Source: Rhizophagus irregularis (taxonomy: Eukaryota). From it: a DNA stretch of 64,000 nt. Shown piece by piece: positions 24,621 to 38,520 of the stretch. A program made the position numbers and the translations under genes. Positions within the stretch are counted from its first letter, which is position 1; the number at the start of each line of letters is the position of its first letter. Under the pieces are notes generated by a model. It did not search any database, was not told the origin of the DNA, and saw only the letters and a list, made by a program, of their open reading frames with translations. Where the stretch lies: the NCBI RefSeq assembly GCF_026210795.1, contig NC_089430.1:4340001-4404000 (forward strand). The letters run 5' to 3'.

Positions 24621-26133
24621 TTACCTATTTACAGTAAAGGTTTCAATTTCTTCAATAGTATAAACTGTTAAAGTATTTAAATTATTTTCATAATTTGAGC
24701 AAGTATTATTAACATGTAATCCTTCATAGCTCATGCTCAATGAACCTTGACCAAAATTGAATCCATTATGGTAATAATCCAATATGGCATGAGAACTGTT
24801 TATTACCCGACTTATTTTCATATTTTGAGTATCATCGCCATCTTCAAATGAGAAAATAAAATTATCTGATGAATTATAAAATTTAAAACCATTATCATTA
24901 ATAAAATCATCTCCTGATGAATTAAATCCTATAGAACTATATCCACCGAAAATCTTACTTATATTTTTAACTTTGATTAAGACTAAACTTGCTACTCGTC
25001 CATTACACTTTTTTTTAAATGATTTGCTACCAATTCCGTCACGACTACTACGATAAATAAGATTAAACTTATAAAATGGATCATTTCTATTATTACGAAT
25101 ATACATAGTATCTTTATTGTCAATCCAATTAATTATTATTTTTGCAAGTTTTGGTTTGATAATATTTGATTTGAATATTAAACCAGCTCTGGTCGGTAAA
25201 ATGGTAGTTTTTGGTAAGGAGTCTTTATAATGAAATTCTTCAATTTCTTTGTAAATATGAGTAGGAATAATGGTTCTATAAGGATGAACCTTATCAAAAA
25301 AATCTGCACGAGAAATTCCTGCCAATTGAATGAGAGGAATAAATTGATTTAAAGTTATATTCAATGTTTCGTAATCCTTATAATTCCATTTCGCTCTATC
25401 ACTATTCTCATACCCAAGACCAGGAGTTTGTTCAATACCCCATTTAATTAAATAATCCCAAATGACAACTTCTTCAATTTGTAAGTCGTCTCTTTTAAGC
25501 AAGCCAAGAAGTATTTCCTTATTTATTGAGAGGAAAGATTTTGAAGAAAAAAATTGTAGTGGATCTTCGCAGATAGATTCAAGACAATAATCTTGTAATC
25601 TCTTGCAATTATCAAGTCTAAACACGGTATTAAGAACAAATACAAAATTTTCTCGAACCCAATTTGTTTGTTTTATAATTAAATAATTTTGAACATGTAT
25701 AAATAATTCTTCAAGTAATAATTCATCGGACGCAACTAATAGATTAAGAATATTTTCACCCGATTGTTCAGTTAAATCAAGTTCACCAGTATAAATGTAT
25801 CTAATAAAAAGTTATATATATAATTTGAATAAAATCAATAATTTGAAATTTTGTAAAAAAAAAATTAAATAATTCTCACCTCAAAACCATATCAAAGATA
25901 ATTGGTGTTAAATTCGGTTTACTAAATATAATCATATTATCCTTTTTTGTAACCCAATTAGAAGAAAGGGCACTTTTAAAATAAAGAGAACGAGCACGTA
26001 AAATAACTGAATGTGCACGAAATTCTTTTATATTTTGATTTTCACCAACTTGAATAATAACATTATAATCATCTGCATCATCTAATATTAAGGTAAAGTC
26101 TTTTAAAAGACCATGATGAAAAATTAAAGCCAT
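24621..26133 (-). CDS. BTB/POZ-BACK-TLDc domain protein (paralog 3)
   Basis: Exon 26133-25880, intron 25879-25801, exon 25800-24621; BTB, BACK-like and TLDc motifs. Confidence 0.9.
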
Positions 26134-26616
26134 TTTTTAGAATTTTTTTTTTTATTTTTAAAAAAAAATAAATGAATAATTTTATTTTTATAGAAAATAA
26201 TCACATGCATTGCGGCTAAAAATATGTAACGATGTACAATAACACTGCATTTTTAGCAAATGATAAATAAAAATATTGCATTTTTAGCGAGATCTGCATG
26301 AAGCTATGTTGCTTTTTTTTTTGTTAGTAACATGTCTTTCTTTATTCGTATGATATTTATCAGTGGATAAATATATACATTAGAAAAGCTCAGGATTAAA
26401 ACATATACATGTCTTATATCAACACCGACCGTATTTAAAATATATGGTTATAGTTATCAAATAAAAAACTACTATTATATGCTTGGGATTTCTATGCTAA
26501 AATCTATCTAACTATCTAAATTTATCCACCTATTTAATTATCTATTGTGTTGAAATTTCTCTATCTTCTTTATCTAACGAATCATTAACGCATTTTTTAT
26601 CATTCTTATCCATGTC

Positions 26617-26945
26617 TAGGGATGGGGACGACTCTATCGGTTCGGTTCCACACCGAATTTGTGGAACAAACCACTCCAAAAACCAGCTCGGAATAGAGTT
26701 CCGACAGAATTGGTTCTGATATTCATAATTCCGGCTAGAATTGTATGATTTGCACAAAATTTATACTTTATGGAAATCTCGTGTGTCCAAATTCCGGGAG
26801 ACAAAATTTCCTTTTTGGAATTTTGTGTAATTTCACGTGATCCAGTTTAGACTTTCAGACTTTCGGAGTCGACTCTCATGAAACCGTTCGTTTCACTTGA
26901 TGAGCTGCTCAGTTCGGCTCGAAAATGGAACTTTTTTCATCCTTA
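26617..26945. mobile_element. hAT-type MITE
   Basis: Termini TAGGGATG...CATCCTTA; 8-bp TSD TCCATGTC (26609-26616) / CCCATGTC (26946-26953). Confidence 0.75.
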
Positions 26946-27463
26946 CCCATGTCGTGTAGCGGAACTTAAGAGATCAACAATATTTTACAATTCCATTTAT
27001 CCTAGATTGATTAAATTAAATTAAATTACTTTTATATTTTTTTTTCCCACTTGACAGAGAATAAATAGTACCACTAACTTATACGATCAGCAACAACCTG
27101 GTAAATAATCCACAAAATCTTTGATTCGCTGTATCAAAATAAAATTTTTATATCATACAAAATATAATAAATTAGAATAGAAAATTTTATAATATTTGAT
27201 TCAAAAATATAAGATGGAAAGTCGCTTTATTAACAAATTTATTTGGTATTAATGAGTGACACAGAATATTTATTAACAATAAAATTTCATAAGGATATAC
27301 AGTATTTTGATAAATATCAAATATGAATTTTATAAATAAAAAATGTATAATTTTTAATAAATTCTATACAATATTTAAAAAAAAAAGCAATAACAATAAT
27401 ATAAATAGATATAAAATAATTAATAAAAAAGGTGAAAATCCATTTTAAATTAATCCAATCGAT

Positions 27464-29050
27464 TCAAATCTTCTCTTCTGTAATATAAAAATAATAAGTA
27501 AATTCACTTTAATTATAATAAAACAAATTCAACAATATAAAAAAATGATTCATAATACCTGAATAATCACTAATATTTAATTGTGGAACATCAATCTGCA
27601 GAGATTCTATAAAAGATTCATTATTAATTATTATATTATATATATTTTTTTTAAAAAATAACAAAATTTAATTTAAATTTTTTACCTGAAAATTCCTCAC
27701 TTATTATATTATCATGTTGTTTATAATAATCATCAGAATTTATTGGTTCAGGAAGGTTATTAAAACTTAGTAATCTACTTGTATAAATAGCTTCAGAATG
27801 AGTTTTATAAGATAAACCTAAATTAGTTGGAGGTATACGACAATTTGAAGGTATAAGACCAGTTGAAAAATTATAATTAAATTCTTCAGCTTCTTTAATT
27901 TGATTTTCTAAATCAGATTCTGGTTGATTAACCCATTTATCTAAAATTCTTCTAATTTCTTCCGCATTTGGACGATTTAATGGATTTGCATCCAAACATC
28001 TTTTAATTAAATGTACAATTAATTTAGGAACTTTAATATTAAATCTTGGTCTAAGACCATGACAAATTTTGATTGCTAAATCTTTATCATGACTTATATC
28101 ATGATAAGGAGGTAAACCAGAAATCACTTCATACATAATTATACCAAAACTATAAATATCAGCAGCTTTAGTATAATTTTGACCTCTTAAAACTTCAGGA
28201 GCAATATAAGGTAAAACACCATATATACTATTTTTTATAGATTGAGATTCATCAAAATCAGCAGGTTTACATAAACCCATATCAGTTATACTTGAATGAA
28301 AAGGGAATCTTATAACGTTACCAATATGTAAATCACGATGAACCAATTCTTTTATATGAATTTTTTCAATACCAAAAGCAACAAAATATAAATCATTAAG
28401 CTTAATATACCAGCTTAATTTATTATAATTTTTATCCAAATAATTACGTAAACTTCCATAATCTGCATAATCCAAAACCATCATAAAATTTTTTGATATT
28501 GGATCTTGAGTTATTCCATAAATTCTAACGATAAAAGAAAAAAAATTATTATCAACAATTTTATGATGTAAAGTAATCTAAATAGAGAAAAAAAAAAATG
28601 TTAAAATAATATTAAATAAATAATTAAAATACAATAATAAAATTTCATACCTACCTCATTTATAAATTCTGATGTAATATTTTTTGAATTATTTAAACTT
28701 TTTATAGCTACACACATATTAGATCTAACACGTTTCCAATTTTTATTTTTACAATCCCAACTTTGAATATAACCATCAACCCATTTTGCTTTATATACTT
28801 TTCCGAAACCTCCTTTCGCAATATATTCAATATCTTGAAGTTTATCATAAGGTATCCACTCTAATATTTTATGATAACCTTTTGCTAATAATTGAATATT
28901 TTGAATACATTTATCAATATCAATATTACCACTGGTCCAATTTTCAAAATCTTGTTGAAAATGTTTTGCGTTACACGTATTACACCATTCATATCCAGTA
29001 TTCATCTGTTTACATTCTTTACAATAAGTAATATGAGTAAGTACTAACTC
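27464..29050 (-). CDS. TKL-like Ser/Thr protein kinase with N-terminal CxxC..WCxxC motif (start codon uncertain)
   Basis: Exon ~29050-28655 (CKEC..WCNTC, WTSGNIDID, AKGGFG, VAIK), intron 28654-28578, exon 28577-~27687 (HRDLHIGN, DMG, APE), then two small exons ESLQIDVPQLNISDYS and EEKI* with TGA at 27464-27466. Confidence 0.85.
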
Positions 29051-31035
29051 AGTGATACGTTTTATATAGAAATATACGAAAAATAAATAATAAAACATAA
29101 TTAAGAAATTTCTAATTCAATATCAGAAAGAAAAGAAATATTATTGTTTATTATAAAGCGTGGGTAATTGAACAGTTTCATCGCAAAGTTTTAACGTCCC
29201 TAAATAATACAACAATAAATATAACGTGAAAATATTTGTCGTACAAATATAATATAAAAGTAGTTAATTTTTCTCAATTCGAATTTGGAAGCAAAACTGC
29301 ATCGGACCTTTTTTACCGATTTATACAATAAGTTATGTGAAATTAAAAATTTACTCTAAACTTATATTAGCTAATCCAAGTACAGTTAGTCGATGATCGG
29401 TAGCACATCATGACAAAAATGTATCACAAGATCAAAATATCATTGATTCAATGAAGATCTACATTTGAAACTTGATATTTTTGTTGAATCAGCATAAAAC
29501 CTCAATTAGTTGGTAAAGTATCCTAATCTAGTTAATCTTTTGGTTATATTCCGATTAGTGAAAAATTCTTGATTTCCGTATTTAAACTACAATTACTGGA
29601 ATAATAATATTTTTTAGATGATATCAATTAAACGGAATCATTGATTAGAATATTTAATCATATTAATCATATTTAATCATACGTACATTAAAATAATTTA
29701 ACTTTGCTGTTACAAAATAAACTTTTAATAAAATAAATATAATATTTAAATAAATAACCGTAGACCGAAATTAGTTAATATAGTTAATGTACAGTATATT
29801 ATTCCATATAATTTTACTACATTTAGTCTTCGTAAAAGAAAATGACGTAAATCTCTAGAATGTAAGTACCGTATTATAAGAGTCGATAAAATTATTGACG
29901 TAATCTTTATCGAAAACAAATAAAAATAGTGCGATAATTATTATACGATACTTTTTCGTTTTTTCTCATAAAGTTAATTCTTGATCTCTAATTGAAAAAT
30001 CTTATTAAGTAATAGTCATTTAATCCCAACTTTATGTAACAAATTTACCACATTTACTATATTTATACTTCTTGAAATTAAAAAGTATATTTCGTTATTA
30101 CACAAAAGTATTAAAATAATGTAACTTTCCAAAAACTACAAGAAAAGTACCGAATTCTTTTATATTATGAAAACAATTCATAAATAAAAATCTTTTTTGG
30201 AGAGAATATAAAGTGAATGGTTATATCGATATAAGTTTTCTTCCATAAAAGTGAAAATTTCATTTAAAAAATTTAAAAAAGTACGTCTTTCTTTTTCAAA
30301 TAATTTAATTGCCGATCCACATGTGATTGATAGCTAATTTAAAATCTGCGTTCCCCCACCATAGATAAGTCGATCAATTTTTTAACCAAATTACTTAAAA
30401 AAAACCTTGAGATTATTTCTTTTTTATTCAAGTATTTAATATTAACACTATAAAACAAAAATTTTACAAAAAATTCTCAAACATTGCCAATTAGTCAAAA
30501 TATAAATTTGCCCACTTTTTTTTTGCCTTATAAAAGTACCGGCTAGAAGCCTCAAATTTTATATTTACATACTTTTACAAATGTATTAATATATCCTTTA
30601 AAAAAATTAATTGAAAAAATACGATTTTTTTTTATATTTGATTTAATAATTTTAAGCAATTATTGATTTTTTGCGATTTTTTCAAATTTTTCAGAAATTT
30701 GATACTTTAAAGTTTAAAATGATCTGCGCCGCCCGCAGTGTTTATTTTTAGATTTATTAAGTAAAAATCAGGTTTTCAATTAGTCTATCGTTCACATGCG
30801 GACTACCAATTAATTATTACACAATATGCTTTATCCGGGCTAGTGTATTTTGGCCGCAGGAGCAAACGCAGCAATATTTGTGGCTAATCTGTACCCGTGG
30901 TCAATTTTACGTCTAAATTAATATCGCCATTTAGTAAGCAATACAAACAATGATACTCCCCAAATTTAGCTTGTGCAACCTTATTTAACTTAAAATATAA
31001 CCCAAAAAAAAATACTTGTAACTTATTTAAATAAA

Positions 31036-32518
31036 ATGACTTCAATTTTTTATTCCAATCTTTCAAAGGACTTTTCCTCAATATTAGATAATGCAGATGA
31101 TTATAATGTTCTTATTAAAGTTGGTGAAAACCAAAATATAAAAGAATTTCGTGCACATTCAGTTATTTTACGTGCTCGTTCTTCTTATTTCAAAGGAGCT
31201 CTTTCTTCTAATTGGATTACGAAGCAAAATAATATGATTATGTTTAATAAACCAAATGTTACTCCAACTGTATTTGAAATGATTTTGAAGTAAGAATAAT
31301 TTTATTTTATTAATTATATCATACAGTATTACTGTTATTTATTTGTTTTAAAATATTATTAGATATATTTATTCTGGTGAGCTCGATTTGACTAATCAAA
31401 CAAGCGAAGACATTCTCGGATTGTTAATTGCATCTGATGAATTACTTCTTGAAGAATTATTTACGTATGTTCAAAATTATTTAATTAAGAATCAATTTAG
31501 TTGGGTTCGTCAAAATTTTGTTCTCGTTCTTCATACAGTTTTTAGACTTGTCAGTTGTAAGAAATTACAAGATTATTGTTTTGAATCTATCTGTGAAGAT
31601 CCTTTGCCATTTATTACTTCAAAATCTTTTCTTTCATTAGATAAAGACATTCTTTTTAATTTGCTTGAAAGTGATAACTTACAAATTGAAGAAGTTACAG
31701 TTTGGGATTATTTAATTAAATGGGGTATTGAACAAACTTCTGCTGGTTTAGGAAGTAGTAGTAATAGTGATATAACAAATTGGGATAATGATAATTATGA
31801 TTCATTGAAACAAATTTTAAATCAATTTATTCCTCTTATTCGATTTGTGGGAATTTCTCATAAAGACTTATTTAATAAAGTCTATCCATATAAGGTTATT
31901 ATCCCTAGTCATATTTTTAAAGAAATTGAAGAATTTTATTATGATGGTATTTCACCATCTTTACCACTTAGAATAAGACAAATTGAATCAAATATTATTA
32001 ACTTAGAGCTTATAAATCCAATTATAGTTAATTGGATTGATAAAAAAAATCCTAAAATTCCTCGTACTGGTAATGATCCATTATATAAATTTAAACTTAT
32101 TTATCGTGGTAGTAGGAATGGAATTAATAGTGAATCATTTAAAAATAAATGTAATGGTAAATTAGCAAGTTTAGTTTTAATTAAAATTAAAGGATCAAAT
32201 AAAATTTTTGGTGGTTATAGTTCTATAGGTTTTAATTCATTAGGAGGTATTAAAAGTGAATTATTATATTATAATTCATCAAATAACTTTATTTTTTCTT
32301 TTGAAAATAATAAAGATATTAAAAATATGAAATTAGGTCGTGTAAAAAATTATTCTAAAGCTATAATAGATTATAATGATCATGGTTTTAATTTTGGTTG
32401 GGCTATGTGTATGGTTAATCAAAATTTATGTCTTAATGATTATGGTTATTATGAAAAGATTTTACCTACAGATGAAATTTTTAATATTGAAGAAATTGAA
32501 ACTTTTATTGTAACTTAA
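31036..32518 (+). CDS. BTB/POZ-BACK-TLDc domain protein (paralog 4, inverted orientation)
   Basis: Exon 31036-31289, intron 31290-31362, exon 31363-32518; same domain motifs. Confidence 0.9.
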
Positions 32519-33604
32519 TAAAAATTTAATCATTTATTTTAGAATATCAAAAAATAGTCTTAAACATAAAATATCTTGTATAGTTACTATATAATAGATT
32601 AAATATTTAAAACATTTATTAAATGAAAATAATTTTATTATGTGAATATATGATTTTATTAAGTTTTTTGTAACTCGTCCGCATGATTTATACGGGAAAT
32701 TCTTATTTATAACTGTTATAAATTGTTTCATATCAAATTATTTTATGATAATTCCATAACAATCTTAAATAATCAGCAATAATAAGTAATGAGAATGATC
32801 ATATGATATTTGGGCTCTTTTATAAAAAAATCGTTGATAGGGATTATAACCGAAAAAAATTTAACTTTAGATGCTCATAATTTTCTTCGCCTTACTCATT
32901 GAGCGGCAAGACGCGCACGAACTATAAAAAATTTTATAGTAACTTTAACACAGCAGCAAGATATGAGAATTATCAACAAACATTTTAAATTAATTAAGGA
33001 AATAAAGTGTTATTTTCCATCAAGCAGAGATTAGTGATAATGAAATAAGATTTTATTTATTAAAATAACATATCTTTTATATTAAATAAAGTATCAACTT
33101 CGTTGCGTTAATATCGTTAATATCGTTATTCAATTTAGGTCATTGTATTCGTGGATATATTGATGTCTCAAGCGTTATTCAAATGCAACAAACTATGACT
33201 CTACTTTAGAAAAGTTCGCCACAAGAATTCCTATAAATTTATTCAGAAAATTGATTGCACGTCATATTAAAAACCATCGTTTATTCAAAAATTTTTATAG
33301 GGAATATTCGATAGAATTTTAAATTTTCTATCAGGATATAGGATAATAAATTTTAAATTTCGTCTATATAGTAAATGGCTTGAATATCATATTTCAATTA
33401 CTAAATTTCAACATACAGCGTGATATGCATTATATACATACATATTTAAATTTTAGTTGATTAATTCATAATGCATAAAAAATTCCAAATAAATTTTTAT
33501 TAAATTTTAAAGATCATAAAATTTAAACTATTTTTATTGGTTAATAAAATTCACATGACCGGAATTGTGTAACAAATTTATACAGTATCAACAATTGTAT
33601 TCCT

Positions 33605-35468
33605 CTAAAACCTTCCGAACCAGGAAGAACATTTTCTGTTGACATTACGCGTATTGCTAATAAGTTGATTGAAACTTGATGTAGATAAGGTCTCACATTT
33701 AAATGATAATTTTTTTGCTTGTTCTTTTGGGCTGCGTAATTTATTAAAAAAATTATCAAATGATTCTTGTAAAAGACTACGTACTGTCAGAAAAATATCT
33801 ATTTCATCAACAAAATGTGACATTGTCTTTACCGAAGTGGGAATCGATGCTTGACCAATATGATGCATAATATATAGCCCTGGAGCATTAAGTTCCATTG
33901 CATAAAAATCAATTGTATATTCTAGAAAGCAATGATGAAATTTTAGGATTACATGAAGGAGCAAAGCAACAATTATTTAATTTATCTTACCTATACATTG
34001 AAAACCTAGAACTTTAATATCTGCACCTTTGTCTAAGGCCGAATCAATGCATTCTTTCATAAAAACTCCAATTCGGATTAAATCATTACAGTTCTTATGC
34101 ACGTTTTCTTTCTCTGCAGGCGAGGTTACTTCACCTACAAATAATGATCCCCTCTTTTCTAATTGGTGGATTGCTGATACTAAGAAATCAGGCTGCCTCA
34201 CTCTGCCTTCTACTTTACTAGCTTTAGTTTCCTGGCCCGTGTTAGGCCATTCAATTATATACTTATCAGGGTGATGAAATAGTCCTTTCATGATGTAATC
34301 TAGATAATTAGTAATGAGTGTAATCTCACTTGGTTTACATTTTAATTTATGACTGGGCAAAGACTTTAATCCATCTAAAATAACAAATCCCAGGTTTTCT
34401 TTAAGATTAATACTTTCAGGTTTTGCTGAGTTTCCTAGTAATGAATTAATAGCATTATCTCGTGAGATATTGATTGACTGTTTTATGATACTTTTAAATT
34501 TAGCTTCATATTCCACATTAAATTCTTGTTTATTTGGTTTGAGCTTGTCACTTATTTTGTCTAATAAGTCTAAACCAAAGATATTTATCATCATTTCAGA
34601 ATGGGAATTTGGTGAAAGCATGAAAATTGAAGTCAAAGATAAAATTTCGTGGACATCTGCCTCCACATATAAACCACCAGAATTAGCGAGATTAAATGAT
34701 TCATCTCGATACTGTCGAAATAATTTTGATATATTAAATCTATCTATAATAAGTTCATTTTCATTATTACTATTATCTAAAAATGATCGAGGAACATCTC
34801 TTATAATTGTAATTTCATCATGTTCATTATTGTCATCTGAATCAATTGTTAGCGAAGGTAATTTTTTCATTTCAGATGAGGGTGGAGAGTACATTGATTC
34901 ATAATCTGTCCTGGACTGAATTAAAAAAGTGATATATGTAAGTTTTTTTCAACCAATGTAAGTGTAGAAAACACTGCTAAAGTTATACCATTACCTTTTT
35001 TGTTGGTGTTATGTCATCCTCATCTCTTCGCTTTTTCTGTGTGAAAACCTCCAATAATTCTTCGTCTTGTTGCACTCTAGTGACATCAGAACCATCAATT
35101 GAGACATTGCTTTGAACTTGTTGTTTCTCAGAGGTGGAACATTTTTCATATTCTGCTATTGAATCCCAAAATGCAGCAACTTCCTTGGACTGACATGACA
35201 TATTGAGTTAATTTACATTTTGCAAAAGGGACACTAAATAAATTAGAAAATTATTACTTACAGATATCTCTTCCATCAACCCTTTTGCATGATTCTGAAC
35301 GAATTGTGGTAGTTCTTGGTCTTCACTCAATGAATACAGGAGTTTTATGTACTTTTCATCGATTGATTTCTGTTCAGTACTCTTTAGTTTCTGTTTTGAA
35401 CCAAGCTGGTGCAGAAACTCGATAAAAGTGCAAGTTATGAAAGGAGCTGATGAAAAGTATTTATGCAT
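33605..35468 (-). CDS. Four-exon protein with C-terminal PD-(D/E)xK restriction-endonuclease-like fold (Crinkler/CR-REase-like), copy 1
   Basis: ORF segments 35468-35208, 35201-34983, 34894-33977 and 33964-33605 are joinable by GT-AG introns; motif RQPDF...FVGEVT...DLIRIG.FMK..ID...GFQ..G...FY...L...GLYIM. Confidence 0.7.
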
Positions 35469-35919
35469 AGTTTCTCTATGAGGGATTACGAACTAGAAAG
35501 CAGCAAGTATAGGGTTAACTTCCTCCAGAAAATAGAGTTAATCATAACAATATTAAATACTTACGGTTTCAGGATCAATAGTAGTATTACTAACACCCAT
35601 ATTAATTTGTTATTGCTGAAGTGTTTACCGGTTGACCTTACTTTAAATTTGGTATTATAGAAATAAAGAAAATTCAAAGAATATTTTCGCGTATTGATAA
35701 AAAGTGTGTATCAAATTCAAAAAATTATGTTTTATTGAACGGGTAGAAAAAGTCTTACTGATTAAAATCAAAAAAATAAGAGCAGGACTTAAATATGTAA
35801 AAAATCAACTAAATTTCGTAGGGATGGCACGTGATTTACAACAAGATATTTTAAAATTTATTGTTTTACTAGAACTTATGATTATGATTATTATTATTAT
35901 TATTATTATTATTATTTGA

Positions 35920-38520
35920 GCTAAAATTGTAAATTAATTTACTAAAATATAGAAGTAAACAATATCAAAACCATTGATAAAAAAATACAACTTAAAAAGA
36001 ACTATTGGCTCCCTATCTACTATAATAAACTACCCAGACAGACGAGCCCAACCTTTCCATATTGCATAATTATATTTTTGACACATTAAGATATTAATTC
36101 TATAATATATTTGGAAGAAAATTTTGATTGTTTGAGAGTTGGATCTACTTACACTATTGTATGCAACTAATGTCGTATTGTTGTTATTTCGGTCAGAGAA
36201 ATTCCTTACCATGTGCCCTGGCTGCTAAAATTATAAGTCAATTTATTAAATTATAAAGTTAAACAGTATAAAAACTATTGATACAATACAACTTAAAAAA
36301 AACTATTGGCTCCCTATATACTATAGTAAACTACCCAGACAGACAAACCCAACTTTTCTATATTATGTAATTATATTTTTTGACACATTAAGATATTAAT
36401 TCCATAATATATTTGGAAGAAAATTTTGATTGTTTGAGGGTTATTCGGTCAGAGAAATTCCTTACCATGTGCCCTGGCTGCTAAAATTGTAAGTCAATTT
36501 ATTAAATTATAAAAGTAAAAAGTATTAAAACCATTGATACAAAAAATAATACTTAAAAAGAACTACTGGCTCCCCTATCTATTGTTGTAAACTACCCAGA
36601 CAGACGAACCCAACCTTTCCATATTGCGTAATTATATTTTTTGACACATTAAGATATTAATTCCATAATATATTTGGAAGAAAATTTTGATTATTTAAGA
36701 GTTGGATCTACCTTCACTATTGTATGTAACTGATATCGTATTGTTGTTATTTTGGTCAGAACAATTCCTTACTATGTGCCCTGGCTGCTAAAATTATAAG
36801 TCAATTTATTAAAATATAAAAGTAAACAGTATAAAAACCATTGATACAAAAAATACAACTTAAAAAAAAACTATTGGCTCCCTATATACTATAGTAAACT
36901 ACCCAGACAGACGAACCCAACTTTTCTATATTGCGTAATTATATTTTTTGACACTAAGATATTAATTCTATAATATATTTGGAAGAAAATTTTGATTATT
37001 TAAGAGTTGGATCTACCTTCGCTATTGTATGTAACTGATATCATATTGTTGTTATTTTGGTCAGAACAATTCCTTACTATGTGCCCTGGCTGCTAAAATT
37101 ATAAGTCAATTTATTAAAATATAAAGTTAAACAGTATAAAAACCATTGATACAAAAAATACAACTTAAAAAAAACTATTGTCTCCCTATATACTATAGTA
37201 AACTACCCAGACAGACGAACCCAACTTTTCTATATTGCGTAATTATATTTTTTGACACATTAAGATATTAATTCCATAATATATTTGGAAGAAAATTTTG
37301 ATTGTTTGAGGGTTATTCGGTCAGAGAAATTCCTTACCATGTGCCCTGGCTGCTAAAATTGTAAGTCAATTTATTAAATTATAAAAGTAAAAAGTATTAA
37401 AACCATTGATACAAAAAATAATACTTAAAAAGAACTACTGGCTCCCCTATCTATTGTTGTAAACTACCCAGACAGACGAACCCAACCTTTCCATATTGCG
37501 TAATTATATTTTTTGACACATTAAGATATTAATTCCATAATATATTTGGAAGAAAATTTTGATTATTTAAGAGTTGGATCTACCTTCACTATTGTATGTA
37601 ACTGATATCGTATTGTTGTTATTTTGGTCAGAACAATTCCTTACTATGTGCCCTGGCTGCTAAAATTATAAGTCAATTTATTAAAATATAAAAGTAAACA
37701 GTATAAAAACCATTGATACAAAAAATACAACTTAAAAAAAAACTATTGGCTCCCTATATACTATAGTAAACTACCCAGACAGACGAACCCAACTTTTCTA
37801 TATTGCGTAATTATATTTTTTGACACTAAGATATTAATTCCATAATATATTTGGAAGAAAATTTTGATTATTTAAGAGTTGGATCTACCTTCGCTATTGT
37901 ATGTAAGTAATGTAACTGATATCATATTGTTGTTATTTTAGTCAGAACAATTCCTTACTATGTGCCCTGGCTGCTAAATTATTAGTCAATTTATTAAAAT
38001 ATAAAAGTAAACAGTATAAAAACCATTGATACAAAAAATACAACTTAAAAAAAACTATTGGCTCCCTATATACTATAGTAAACTACCCAGACAGACGAAC
38101 CCAACTTTTCTATATTGCGTAATTATATTTTTTGACACATTAAGATATTAATTCCATAATAGTATATTTGGAAGAAAATTTTGATTATTTAAGAGTTGGA
38201 TCTACCTTCGCTATTGTATGTAAGTAATGTAACTGATATCGTATTGTTGTTATTTTAGTCAGAACAATTCCTTACTATGTGCCCTGGCTGCTAAAATTAT
38301 AAGTCAATTTATTAAAATATGAAAGTAAACAGTATAAAAACCATTGATACAAAAAATACAACTTAAAAAAAACTATTGGCTCCCTATATACTATAGTAAA
38401 CTACCCGGACAGACAAACCCAACTTTTCTATATTGCGCAATTATATTTTTTGACACATTAAGATATTAATTCCATAATATATTTGGAAGAAAATTTTGAT
38501 TGTTTGAGAGTTGAATAAAA
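35920..38520. repeat. Tandem array of 9 units of ~260-320 bp
   Basis: Marker AACTACCC(A/G)GACAGAC at ~36028, 36329, 36590, 36897, 37201, 37461, 37769, 38080, 38399; diverged reverse-complement copies at ~59450-60580. Confidence 0.9.

Noticed and set aside
30480..30780. Probable repeat or MITE fragment upstream of BTB paralog 4
   Set aside because: No TIR pair or TSD could be defined.
34029..34904. Plus-strand ORFs opposite the REase-like gene; likewise 62141-62392, 58220-58438 and the short ORFs within 41919-43775
   Set aside because: Antisense or alternate-frame shadows of real coding sequence.
35704..35919. 71-aa ORF conserved in both inverted arms (also 35463-35660 and 60610-60995)
   Set aside because: Non-ATG or weak starts, and indels change the frames and ends between arms; conservation is explained by the duplication.
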